64,000 nt of DNA from Eledone cirrhosa (GCA_964016885.1 OZ024741.1:329344001-329408000); one strand, 5' to 3'. Shown: positions 27,035 to 39,992, counted from the first letter of the stretch. Program-made: numbers and translations. The notes: generated by a model from the letters alone, not told the origin.

Positions 27035-27271
27035 TCTTTGAGTCTCAGTCATTGATGTTAGTTAACTGGAAAGTTTGTTGAAATGAATATCAAGCCACTA
27101 CCTGCAGCCTCAGATATTCAGGACGTATCGGAGGGTTCTTGCTGTTCCCAGCAAGCATGCCTTTTGAAGCGTTCCAAAAAGCGTGGCGGGGCCAATTTTC
27201 TTTAACCATCCCTGGAAACATTTTGAGATAGTACCTAGTGCGCCTATGACAATCGGGACCACTTTGACTTC
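27035..27271 (-). mobile_element. 5'-truncated second copy of the R4/Dong 3' end
   Basis: Near-identical to 27302-27538, separated from it by (ATT)n. Encodes PIVIGALG...LQKACLLGT. Confidence 0.92.
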
Positions 27272-27300
27272 TATTATTATTATTATTATTATTATTATTA

Positions 27301-30230
27301 CTCTTTGAGTCTCAGTCATTGATGTTAGTTAACTGGAAAGTTTGTTGAAATGAATATCAAGCCACTACCTGCAGCCTCAGATATTCAGGACGTATCGGAG
27401 GGTTCTTGCTGTTCCCAGCAAGCATGCCTTTTGAAGCGTTCCAAAAAGCGTGAAGGGGCCAATTTTCTTTAACCATCCCTGGAAACTTTTTGAGATAGTC
27501 CCTAGTGCGCCTATGACAATCGGGATCACTTTGACTTCATGGCAGTTCCAAATCCTTTTTACCTCCCACTTTAAGTCCTGGTATCGGTTAATTTTCTCCC
27601 TCTCCTTCTCTTGCACTCTCGTATCGAATGGGCAGGCCACATCCACAATCAGGCACGATCTTTTTTCTTTGTCCACAACCACTGATCGTCCACAACCACT
27701 GATCGTTTTCTATCACCGACTCTGGCTTATGCTCATACCACTTCTCAGAATGTGGTAAATTGTTTACTTTGCATAGGTGCCAGTGGATCACCCTGCCCAT
27801 CACATCATGTATCCAGCCCTTATAGTGAGTCTGGGCTAGGTGTTTACACTCGGATACAATGTGAGCCACAGTCTCCTCTCTCTCCCCACAGATCCTGCAC
27901 AGTGGGCTAGCCTCCTCCTTGTAAATATGGTGTTTCAACCACTTAGTTTTGAGGGCCTGCTCCTGTGCAGCCATTAACATTCCTTCTGTAGCCTTTTTAA
28001 GGTCTCCTCTTTTCAACCAGTTCCATGTCTGTGGATCTCTAAATTCAGTTTTCTCAAAGAAGGTACTATGAAGGGATTTTTCCTGAAGGCTGCTCTTTCT
28101 CCTTGATGTTATTTCCTCCTCGGACATCCCCTGGCCTATTGTCCCCTCCTTCAGTACAGTTCTGAGCATTGGCTCCTTACTATCAGTCACGTATTTGTAT
28201 AGGTTGTTTTTCTCCATCTGAACACAGTCCTCTATGCTGATAAAACCTCTTCCACCTTCAGACTCCTTGAGTAGAGTCTATCGACATCACTCCTCTTGTG
28301 GAACATGTTGTAGATAGTCAATAGCTTCCTAGTCTTCCTATCCATTTATTTTTGTTCAGCAACATTCCATCTCAGAATTCCCGCACTGTACCTAATAATA
28401 GACACAGCTCGGGAATTTACTGCACTTATGGCATTCCTACTGTTCAGATGTGACTTTAATACACTTCTTACTCTCCGTATGTATTCATCCAAGAATGAGG
28501 CACCATGTCAAATGCCTTTTTGTAGTCTATCCATCCCATGGCAAGACCAGTGTGTCTCCTTGCAATTCCTCATTACCATCTTATCAATAAGTAACTGGTC
28601 CTTTGTACCACGTGACTTCTTTCGGCATCCTTTCTGTTCGTCCGGTAACAAGTTGTTTGTGTTTGATGGTAGATTTCCTCAGACATAATGCTTGTCAACA
28701 GTTTCCACATTACGGACAGACATGTGATAGGTCTATAGTTGGTAACATCATTACCCTTGATTCGGTCTTTCATTATCAGAACTGTGGTACCTTTTGTCAA
28801 CCACTCTGGTACCTCACCTGACATCAAGCAGTCATTGAACATGGTTGTCAGTTTCGGGTAGAGGGATGTTATATTTTTAATCCAATATCCCTGCACACCA
28901 TCTGGGCCTGATGATTTCCAGTTGGTTAGTTTTTTGGCCTGCCCCTTAAGAGTTTCAACTGTGATACTCAAATCAGTTTGTTGGTGTGCCTGTTCACTAA
29001 TCTCCTTCTGTACTGTTTCAATCCACACTGCCTGGTCATTATGTTTAACATCCTGCTCCCATATTCCTCTCCAGAATGTTTTAGTTTGTTCCGCCTCAGG
29101 GATCAAGTCGTTGCCTCTTTCTTTCCCTTCAAGCTGTCCAAACAGCATCTTCTGGTTGTTGTCGAACATGCGGTTCTGTCTATACTGACTGACTCTGTTC
29201 TCGTATCGCCTGATTTTTGCACTCTTTGCTACAATGCGTTGCTTCAGTTCCTCTATGATAATATTTAGCCTTTTCCTCCTAGTTTTGTACTTTATTTCCA
29301 GTCTATTTTTAGTGTCCCATTCAGTAGGGACTCAAGCTTTCCAATGTCATTTCTCATTTCCTTGATTTGACCATTCAGTCGTTTCTTCCACCAAGGTTCT
29401 GATCTTTCTTGTTTGTTGTTTCCTCACCGCATTTGCTGTTGCTTTGAGGATATTGTTGCACTGGTGAAGGCTCCTCGCCTCAAGGTATGGGATGACTTTG
29501 TTTACCTTAGCTGTTGTTTCTTTTAACTTTTTCCTGTCTACAGATCTTAGGTTCATAGGTTTCCCACTATCATTGTTCATTTCATCTACCACTAAGTTTA
29601 GGATATCAACCAAATCTTGTCCTAGCTCGTCAGCATTCATCTCCTCAATGTCCGTATCTTTGTTCCAGGTATTATTTATTTCAGCATTCAGATCATTGTC
29701 TGCTTCGGATGGTTCTCCGTTCTCTCAACCTCTTCACCTTCATTTCCCACTGGCTCGTTTGCCTGGCATACTCCACCCTCCATCTCCAAGCTAATCTCTC
29801 TGCTCAGTTCCTCCAGTTCCAGCTCGCTTATCCACCCATTAGTTCTTATTACCCGAACCTGCCCGGCCAATTTTTGTTCATCTAATTTAAATAGACCAAT
29901 CTCGTTCCAGATGTTATGCATCCGTTTCCTATAGCCTTTCTCCTTGGGGTTACTCTTCAGGTAACATTGCATAACAGTTCTATTCAATTCTTTCGTCCAG
30001 TTGGCTCTGGTCCCTTTCCTTCTTCTTCCTCCGACACCAGCAGTATTTGGTTGACAGCCAGGTCCCTGCTGCTGAGCCAGGGAGCACCTGCTGGGTGAGA
30101 GTCTGTCACATGACATTCCAGTCTCCACTTCACCGTTATTCGAACGGTTTAGGTTCGACATTTAAACACTCTTATCGAGGATTGGTGAATGTATGGTTAC
30201 ATAACCACCGGTGATTTCATCACCCCCGGT
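27301..30230 (-). mobile_element. R4/Dong-type non-LTR retrotransposon (RT, CCHC, restriction-like endonuclease), degenerate
   Basis: GYRKRMHNIW, NWKSSGPDG, YRPITCL, DYKKAFD-VPHSW, EGGRG, CRICGEREETVAHIVSEC, VDVACPFD...EKINRY, PIVIGALG. (TAA)n tail on the minus strand. ATG at 30161; 5' limit uncertain. Confidence 0.9.
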
Positions 30231-31011
30231 GATTTTAGTGTGGCACTATCACGCTGTAGACGAACTTAAATAAACAAACAAACAAATAGGTAAAAACCCC
30301 CCAAAAAAGAATAAGCATAAGTTTCATTGTAATGTAATGTTTGAATGTCTGATTTAGTTTTTTTTTTTCTTGTCTGTCTGTCTGTTTGTTTTTCTTTTCA
30401 TTTTTCTTTTCTTTACGTTTTTCGTTGCTGCTGTGCTGTTTTGATTTTTATTTTTGTCTTTTTTTATTTTTTGACCGGGTCATCAAATCAGTCTATATCT
30501 TTTGATGCCTTCCTCTTTTAATGGGAATACTACGATGCCTGTCTTAGCAGGAGGTAGTGGGAGAGAATAGCGGTGGTAGCGATAATGAGGCAGTGGTGGT
30601 GGTGATGTGATCGTCGTACTGTAGTGATGGTGTTGAAGTTGAAGTAGAAATAGAAGTTTAGGGAACTTGACTAGAGTTTTTGGCGTGGTAGTGGTGATGG
30701 TGGCGGTGGTGGTGTTGGTGGTGAAATTATTTGCCTGTCTGTCCACTTAGCCATTTTTCTCTTTTTCGACTATAACATTTCTGATCCAAAATTAAATATT
30801 AAATATTGGGGCCCTATGCCGTAATGTGATGCGTTGACGCTTGCTGAGCGCCAAAAATGTAATCTTATACTTCATTTGTAATAAGAATTATTCTATCACA
30901 GTTGTTTTAAATAAGTAAAAATCAAAAACTTACCGGAGCGATTCCATAACGATATATATCCACCATGTGCGTTTTTTCCCTATATTGTTATTATTATTAT
31001 TATTATTATTA

Positions 31012-31053
<42 letters not shown>

Positions 31054-31054
<1 letters not shown>

Positions 31055-31340
31055 AAAAGGACGATATATTATGTATTCATTACGTTTATTGAGTAGTGAC
31101 ACGCGTTTCGTATTTGATCAGCTCAAGGTTCGATCTGTATCGATCTATCCCGACTCTGGAATCAAAATCTCCTCTGTTGTTGTAATGACAGAATGAACCT
31201 CTTACCACAACAGAGCTCGGACGAGCTTTGGATTCCACAGTCGGGCTAGATCAATATAGATCGAACCTTGAGCTGATCAATAGCGAAACGTGCGTCACTA
31301 TTCAATAAACGTAATGAAAACATAACATATCGTCCTTTTT
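31054..31340. repeat. Imperfect fold-back (~115-bp arms) with hammerhead 3' halves
   Basis: GAAA-cgtgcg-TC-acta..AATAAA on the + arm and GAAA-cgcgtg-TC-acta..AATAAA on the - arm. Confidence 0.75.
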
Positions 31341-31439
31341 ATTATTATTACACTGTGCTTTGTTCTATACCTCTATACTTACTGAAAACAACGCATCGAG
31401 TGCTCACTCTAGTGAACCTGCAGTAACGGACTTTGCATT

Positions 31440-31482
<43 letters not shown>

Positions 31483-31514
31483 CCAATACCTATATAGGCC
31501 AATACCTATATATA

Positions 31515-31560
<46 letters not shown>

Positions 31561-31628
31561 TATTGGCCTATATCTTAACTATTATTACTTACTTTACGAT
31601 TTTAATAACCTCTGTCATTTTCGTTATG

Positions 31629-31681
<53 letters not shown>

Positions 31682-31740
31682 ATCAAAAGATGGTTAAAAG
31701 AGTTCCAATAAAACTCACCTCCTACATATATATATATATG

Positions 31741-32286
31741 CACATGGGTTACATGATAAAAATAGTCCTTCGTCAGTGATTTTCCAACCTTCATTGGTAT
31801 TTCATCGCTTTAAAAATCATATACCTCCGGTTGGTGCGAGCAATACCTAAATAAAGCTATTGGGACAAGTAAATCGCGTAAAGCGAGCGAGACAGTAAAC
31901 AACAAGGAAGGATAGCAACGCAAAGATAGGAAAAACAAGCGCATGGGGATCCGGTCAGCTTAAGCTGTGTGGATTTCATGAGCGGGGAAAATACAGACCG
32001 TCCGACGTGAGTGAGATGTGCGCAAGAAGAGAACCCGCTACAGGCCAAACGGGAGGAAGTGAGAAGGGGAGAAACAGGGAGTGAGTGAGTGGAAGTGCGA
32101 GGAAGAGGCCAGTCGAGAGAAAGTGTAACTGACAGAGGGGGCGAAAGGAGGTAAGAGAAACAGAGAGAGCGGGAAAGCAGTAAGAGAGAAACAGACAAAC
32201 GCAGCTGAGGAAAATATATATAAAAAAAACATGAGAAGAAAGAATACTGCGTGGTTGCACATGGGTTACATATGATAAAAATAGTC

Positions 32287-32290
<4 letters not shown>
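31741..32290 (-). mobile_element. Family B element, copy 2, with ~30-bp terminal direct redundancy
   Basis: CACATGGGTTACAT(AT)GATAAAAATAGTCCTT at both ends, (TA)n on both flanks. Confidence 0.85.
31769..31839 (-). ncRNA. Candidate non-circularly permuted, pseudoknotted hammerhead (family B)
   Basis: Minus: tcgc a ccaacc gga ggta-TA-tgatttt taaa gcga t-GAAA-tacc aatgaa ggttgg aaaatca-CTGACGA-a. Confidence 0.55.
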
Positions 32291-32333
<43 letters not shown>

Positions 32334-32591
32334 CTTTGCCTTTCATCCTCATGGGGTCGATAAAATAAAGCATCAGTAATACACTTGGGTCGATTTAATC
32401 AAACTTTTCCGATCCACCAAATTTGCTGGCCTTGTGCCTAAATCAGAAACCATTATTATTATTACTAGTGTTGTTGTTATTATATTGTTATTGCTATTAT
32501 TATTATTGCAGTAAAGTTTTTGTGCCTAAAATAGAAGCAACTATTATTATTGCAGTAAAGTGTGATCTTTAGGAGATTTATCCAGCTAGCT

Positions 32592-32778
32592 AATAATTGT
32601 TTCTACGTTTGGCACAAGGCCAGCAATTACCCAGTGCATTACTGGTACTTTATTTTATCGACCCCGTAAGGATGAAAGGCAAAGTTAACCTCGGCGAGAT
32701 TTGAACTCAGAATGGCAAGGACCGTAACTCTATACGTCAAAGCATGGCGTCCGACCCTGTACCGATACTGCCAATCCT
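32592..32778 (-). mobile_element. SINE family 1
   Basis: Consensus match. A further partial copy lies at 32332-32455 (+). Confidence 0.9.
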
Positions 32779-33849
32779 ATTGGTGGCAATGATCTGGCAT
32801 TGTATGAACCACTTGTTGAAATTAGTCAATTAATAAATAAAATTCCAAGTTTTGTTATCGTATTTGTCTGAGAAGTTACTTGCTCTGAGACCGTGTGTTA
32901 AAAACTAAAGTAATTACAACCTGAAATATTCTCTTTAGCCATTCAAAAACATACTAAAGCTGTTAACTTCACTTTATATTTATCGTTTACTAGTTGGTGT
33001 CAAATTATTTCCTGACGTTTGTTTTATTTTTCTTTCGTCGCAGTTTGCAATGGAACTGAGTCAATGACCAGGTTACGATGAAAATATCAGGTTATCAGTT
33101 TTTGTAGGTTTTTGAATGGCGAAAATATCTCCTCCACACTATAAAGATATTCCAGAAAATATTCTCGACTACATTAATAGCTGTCTGCGATATCATTGGA
33201 TGGAAAATTACATTAATGACCGCCATTCTTTCGTCCAATTTGTACATTGTGCATCATATACTATAAAACACTGTTGAATTTTTGGTCTAAACCAGGGTCT
33301 TCCAACTTGAGTAATATCACCCACAGCTGGGCGATTTTAACTGCTGGGTTGGCGATAGGCAACTGAACAGAAAATGGTGGATAATTAGAAATTTTAGTAG
33401 ACGATATAGGATATGGAAGACCATTGACTCTGAGGATTTTATCCATCCATTTCACAGCCCCGAGAGTTCCACTTACCCTCCTCACCAAACCAGGAACTAT
33501 TGGTGGGAGAGCCGGTTTAATCACCGACCACTTGACCATGAAGAGGCTTCTACTAGGTTACTTGGTACCAGTAGCAGATAGAGGGCTGACCTGAGCGGAC
33601 CAGGGTCTGGTGGCGGAGCCGGTTTAGTCGCTGACCACTCAAACTTAAAGCAGGCTGTGTTGAGTTACATGATACCACTAGTAGGAATTACTTATCTGTA
33701 ATTAAACGACATAATATGGTGATTGGATTCGTAAAGAAACCTGAAACCAGCCTAGTCGAAAAACATCTAGATTCTATTTAAGTGAAAGGTATTGGATCTA
33801 TAACCGTTTCAACGATTAGTGTTCCAGTTAATTTCATCAATGGTATAGC

Positions 33850-36320
33850 CTACTCGTGAATTTAACATGCAAATGGCTGAGTATTCCACAGATACGTGTA
33901 CCCTTGATATAGTTAGTTCTCAAAGAGACGCAGCATGACACAGCATGTGACAAAACTGAGTCTTGGAAATTACAGGTGCAACCCATCTTGTATTACAGTA
34001 CAGATGGGAGAGCATTCCACAAACACGTGTACCTTTAACCTAGTTGTCAGGGAGATTCCTCATAATACAGTGTATGACAAGGCTGGCCGTTTGAATTACT
34101 GGTACAGCTCATTGTTTAAAGCTGAGTGGACTGGACCAGCTTGACATAAAGCATCTTGCTCAAGAACCAACGCGGCACCAGAAATCCGACCTTATGACTG
34201 TAATTCGAACACTCTAACCCAACCTGACTTCGTAAGATAAATTCGAAATTCCAAATTTAAAACTGAGCAGATGAAGCAATTCGAAGCAATTCGAAATAAT
34301 GCGTCTTGATCAAGAACACAACACGTCATCAGGGATCTATCTCTCGTCGTTACGATCGTACGCTGAACCCCTAACCTAATCTGGTTCCGTGAGTTAAGTT
34401 CAAAATGACAAATACCAAATATAAACTCTTCTCTAAATATAAGCATTTATATATTTAGATTCTTATTCCTAATGTATAAAAATCTGGAAAGAAGAGGATA
34501 GCTGCAGCAAGGAGACCTTAGAAAAATTCATTTACATAAAACGAGTCCTTAGTAGTGAAAGCTTTGGAAAGAACTAACCTAACCACTAAACAACGTTAAT
34601 GTGGTGTAGTGCATTGATAAACATTGTTTAATGTATTACGTGAAATTTCAGAAACTGGTAATGGTTGTAAATCAAACCTAAAATGAAGTCAAGTATACTT
34701 GAAATATTGATGTTGTAGACGTACTTATAAGGGCTTCGATATAGAAGTGAACTTAAAGTTGATTAAGCTACGGTGATTAAGGCTGGTAATATTGCTGGTG
34801 GGGGTGGGGAGAGTCATGGCAGCAGTGGTGGTGGTGGTGGTGTAGGTGGTGGTAGTGGGGTGATGGTGGTGGCGGTGGTGGCGGCGGCAGGGTTGGTGGT
34901 TGTGCAGGTGTTGTATAACTAATATAAACTATATATATAGTCGTATATAATAGCCGACTACATTCAATACACTATGTCTCACGATATTTTTTTAAACGAT
35001 AGGATTTGACTTCTATTTCTAGCAAATCGACTGATCACCTAGACGCAATCTCGTCAACACGTTAATAAGGTCTTTCTTCCATCGAGTCCAAATATTTGAA
35101 ATGTTATGTGGAGGGGTGCGGTTCACATGAAATGAAATTTACAGCTTACGCCTATGCTGGTTTAGCTGGCCTCCTGCGAGATTATATCTCATAGAAGGGT
35201 TCTTTCGGTGTTGTAATGATAGGGTCCTTAGATCTATCATGAAAAAACACATAAAACGAAGCATCTTGCTAAAGAACACAATGTGCCGCCAGGTCGAGTA
35301 ATCGAACTCAAAATATTATGATCTTAAATCCAACACACTAACCCCTAAGTTCCGCGCCTTCAGTGTGTGGAACAAAGATATAACACGAAAACATTCATGA
35401 AAGAATCTCTGCTAAGAACGATGACACCAGATTGGAATAGACTTCCGGCGGTTTCGACGAAGGGTATTCCAGCTGTTCCATCAATGAGACAACAGTCATG
35501 GAATGAACGTGGAAGTGGCTGAGATTTTAGCAAACACGTGTAGCCTAAATTCAATCTTCAAGAAAATTCAGCAGAATAGAGTGTTTGACAAGGCTGGCCC
35601 TTTGAAATACAAGTAGTCCATCCAATGGGCTTCCATCTGTTGCCGTCTATCTAATTCTACTCACAAGGCATGGATTGACCTGAGGCAATGGCAAAGTCTA
35701 AAATCTGTCTCGAGCACGGAGGCTTATCAGGCCGGTGCTTATCCGACAGAGAGTAAAAGATTTCCCCCTGGACAGGGTACCAGTCCATCGCAGGGTTAAA
35801 CCATCAGCTATTGCTGGTATTCATTTTCAGCTGAGTATACTGGAGCAACGTGAAATGAATTTGTTTTGCTCGAAGAACACAACACACAATCAAACTTACG
35901 AGATTATGATCGCAAGTCCAACAAGCTTGCCATTAGGCCACATGCCTCCACAAACCTAATATACCAGGCGGAGACTGTTTCATCGATCGTTCGTGTTATA
36001 TTCATGTCCCACACACTGAAGGTGAGGGAGGCTTTATAGTTAGTGCGTTGGGTTGACGACCATAAGGTTGTCAGTTCGATTACTGGATCTAATAATTGTT
36101 TCTACTTTTGTCACAAGTCCAGCAATTTGCAGGGAAGTGGAAAATCGATTAAATCGAGTTACTGGCACTTTATTTTATCGACCATGTAAGAATGAATGGC
36201 AACGCTAACCTCGGTGTGATTTGAACTCAGAACTTAAAGGAGTGTAACAATATATAACTATCTACCACTTAGTATGTTGCCCGACGCTCTGCTAATTACT
36301 ACCATTCGACCGCCCTAGAG
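33850..36320. mobile_element. Field of old SINE fragments (family 2 relatives, plus family 1 at 36090-36315)
   Basis: Recurrent CTTGCTCAAG(A/G)ACAC, GACAAGGCTGGCC and AATCGAACTC blocks. Confidence 0.6.
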
Positions 36321-36836
36321 TTGGATCTAATGATTGCAAAGGAAGAGAATATCTTCATCATTTGACCATCCTGTGTCCACAGAACGAACGATGATACACT
36401 AACGAATCATTCAGCCATTTGCTTGTATTCGTTCAGGTAGTCACTCATTTATCATGTAGAACTTATCTAATAAACTCCAGGCAAGCCATCCACAGTTCTC
36501 AAGAGATATTAATTCCAACAGATTTCCTGATTTAGCAGATTAATCGCCAAGACGAAAACGCACGGCTGGTTCTATCCTTTAGAGAGACACAGAGAGAGAT
36601 AGACGGTGTGTGTGTGCGCGCGCGTAAGTGTGTGTAAAAAAGAGAGATGGTATGTGTGTGCGTTTGTGTTTGAGAGTGTAAGGTGGTTTGAGTTTGTGAG
36701 TGAATGCATGGATCTGTACATATGTGTGAAAGACTGAGTATATATGTGTGTGTGTGTGTGTGTGAATATGTGCCTGTCTGTTTGTGAATGTATGTGTGTG
36801 TTTGGAGGAAAGTGTGAGTGTGAATGAGGGAGAGAG

Positions 36837-36911
<75 letters not shown>

Positions 36912-37015
36912 AAAATAGCGGGTGGGAGAGAATAGACGGAGGAGCAGAAATAATGTGTCTGAACAAATATGTAAGGTCGCTGGAATCTATCAGGTATGTA
37001 ATTCACCTGAAGATT

Positions 37016-37062
<47 letters not shown>

Positions 37063-37416
37063 TGATTGATTACCATTGATCACCGAAATAAACTGAGGCT
37101 ATTTATACATAAATGTTTCAGTGTAATTTATCTATTTATATACGTATATACATACATATATGTGTGTATACATATGTGTGTATACATTTGAATATGTGTA
37201 TGTATGTATGTTTGTATGTATGTATGTGATTATCAATGCTATTTCAATAGTTCTTCACACTTCTGAGAGAGAGAGAGGGGTGAAAGTGTGTGTTGTGTGT
37301 ATGTGTGTTCATATGTAAGTGTAAGAACGTGGTTCGTGGAATGTGTGAGATATATTATAACAGGTATTCACAGACATGAGACACATCTGCACACACAACA
37401 ATATATATATATATAT

Positions 37417-37950
37417 ATAAAATATTAAAAAAATAATGAATAAAACAATGAAACAGTTCCTTATATTAATACAAAAAAAGTTCATTATTTAACGATCGTT
37501 TCTAGGACATATATGTGTTAGAATTGGCATGCATATTTAACAGATCTATGTACAAAATTATACAAAATTATACAAACTATCAAATTTAATATACATACCA
37601 ACACATATATATGCCGTCTTCAGAAATATGTGTTGGTATGTATATTAAATTTGATAGTTTGTATAATTTTGTATAATTTTGTACATAGATCTGTTAAATA
37701 TGCATGCCAATTCTAACACATATATGTCCTAGAAACGATCGTTAAATAATGAACTTTTTTTGTTTAATATAAGGAACTGTTTCATTGTTTTATTCATTAT
37801 TTTTTTAATATTTTATCTTGACTCTGTATTCCGTTTATCTTTCACCCAAAGTGATTTTTGAATGCATCTCTTCTTTCCATGATATCCGGATTACATTGAG
37901 TTCTTCATACGGATTGGACACTACCGTAAACTCTTGGTAAATTTATCTAC
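37417..37950. mobile_element. Fold-back cassette, family I (~190-bp near-perfect arms plus tail)
   Basis: 37417-37608 is inverted at 37626-37816. The tail matches 14425-14565. Confidence 0.9.
37487..37627 (-). ncRNA. Type I hammerhead, family I
   Basis: Minus: attt-CTGAAGA-[long hairpin]-GAAA-cgatcg-TT-aaat. Confidence 0.75.
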
Positions 37951-38036
<86 letters not shown>

Positions 38037-39595
38037 CATTATACATGCAGACACATAGACACACTCGCGCACACAACTATGATGTGTACGTTGCATTACA
38101 CATACACTCACATAGACACAGACACGTGTACACAACTGTATATATACTGTAGTATCACACATTTACAAAAAATTATGCGTGTGTGTTGTTGATTTTGTGC
38201 GTGTGTGTGTCAATGTATAGCTGTGTCTCTACATGTATGTGTGTATGTGTGGATTTGTGTGTATATGTGCATACGTCTGTGCCTGTGTCTGTGTGTCCCT
38301 GTGCTATTCTAAACCTATAAATGTGTATATGCGTATGTCTGTTTTAGTGTATGTCTATGTCTTTGTGTGTGCATATTTATGTTGCATTTGTATGTATGTG
38401 TCTGTGTATGGATGTATTTGTGCGTATTTATCTGTGTGAGTACGCTTGTGTGTGTATTTATGCGTGTGTCTGTGTCTGTGTATGACTATGTGCGTGTATA
38501 AGTGTGTATATCTGTGTGTCTATATGTATATGTTTATGGATATATGTATGTTTTCCTGTGTTTGTGTTTGATTATATGAGTTATCTGCATATCTGTGGTT
38601 CTATGCGTGTGTGTGTGTGTTGTGTGTGTGTGTGTCGTTGCATGTCGATATGTGCATGTATGTGTCTATATCTGTTTATCTGTATATCTCTACGTTTGTC
38701 CTGTGGTTACGTGTCTGTGCGTGTACTTGTCAATGTGTGCCTGTCTGTTTTGTGCATGTGTGTATTTATGTGTGGTTGCGTGTCTGTACGTGTCAATGAG
38801 TGTGTATGATTTTGTCTGTGTTTGTCTATGGTTGCGTGTCTCTGTATATGTGTGTGTGCCAGTATGCTTGTGTGTCTATGTGTGTGTTTGTCTGCTTGCA
38901 ATCACTTTTAGAGAGACATGGAGGTTGGCTTAGCTTGGCTTGACTTGTTTGTGAATGAAAGTTATCTGATTGGCCGAAATAAAAATGTGTCAATGTTAAA
39001 TTAATCTAGAAAGTTTGTGGAAAGAAATAGCAGAAAGACTGCATTTGCAATATATCTGATCGGCGGCGGGGTGTAGTAGAGTGTTGTTGGAGTAACAATG
39101 AAGAAATAGTGAGATCGTTCTCAGTAGAGGTTTCCATCTCTAGCCACCTTCTTCTTCCTTCCCCATCCTTTCGAAAAGATTTCAACATCAAAAGCAATGG
39201 CAGCGTAAGGTAATCCTACCGGAAGCGGATTCATTCGACCGGAAGCAAGTATTTTAATCTCAGAAGCATCACAGAAATGTAGTTAGATGTGGATGACCAT
39301 TGAATCATAAATAATAGAGTTAGAGTGATTGGCAGATTGAAATCTCGGAAATAGTTAGGAATATTTAAGCTTGGGACTAAAACATGCTTCAAAATTTTAT
39401 TTTAGATATGATAACCTTTTAGACTTTCACTTTTTAACTGTTTTACTGTTTTACTAAATCCAGCCATCACAAGTTACCATTTACTCTGTTATTTGCGGTG
39501 TATTAATCTGCGAGAGAAAAAATATCGTTTCTATATAGATTTTTTTCTTTCTCTCTCCTTTTTCTTCCTATCAGTGAGATGTATGTATGGATGTG

Positions 39596-39644
<49 letters not shown>

Positions 39645-39680
39645 GTAAGTATGTATATATATTTTATATATGTATATATG

Positions 39681-39719
<39 letters not shown>

Positions 39720-39723
39720 GGGG

Positions 39724-39769
<46 letters not shown>

Positions 39770-39992
39770 GTCTACTGTGCCGAGACCGTAGACACCTGAA
39801 ATCATGGGAGAACTCAATGCACGGGTATATGCAGAGTGAGTATAAATATAAGTATAATCTCACCGTGGCGCCAGGTGGCTTCGGCTTGTGTGTTCAACAA
39901 GCCATTTCAAGGGTAAAGAGACTTGCTGAACACACAAGCCTAAACTACTTGGTGCTGCGGCGGGATTCTCTCTCTCTCTCTCTCTCTCTCTC

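Noticed and set aside
30926-30982. Minus-strand exon ending CCG|GTAAGT
   Set aside because: The donor is good, but the acceptor has no pyrimidine tract and the peptide is not recognisable.
33261-33539. 92-aa minus-strand ORF
   Set aside because: It has no recognisable motif or splice support, and its length is compatible with chance.
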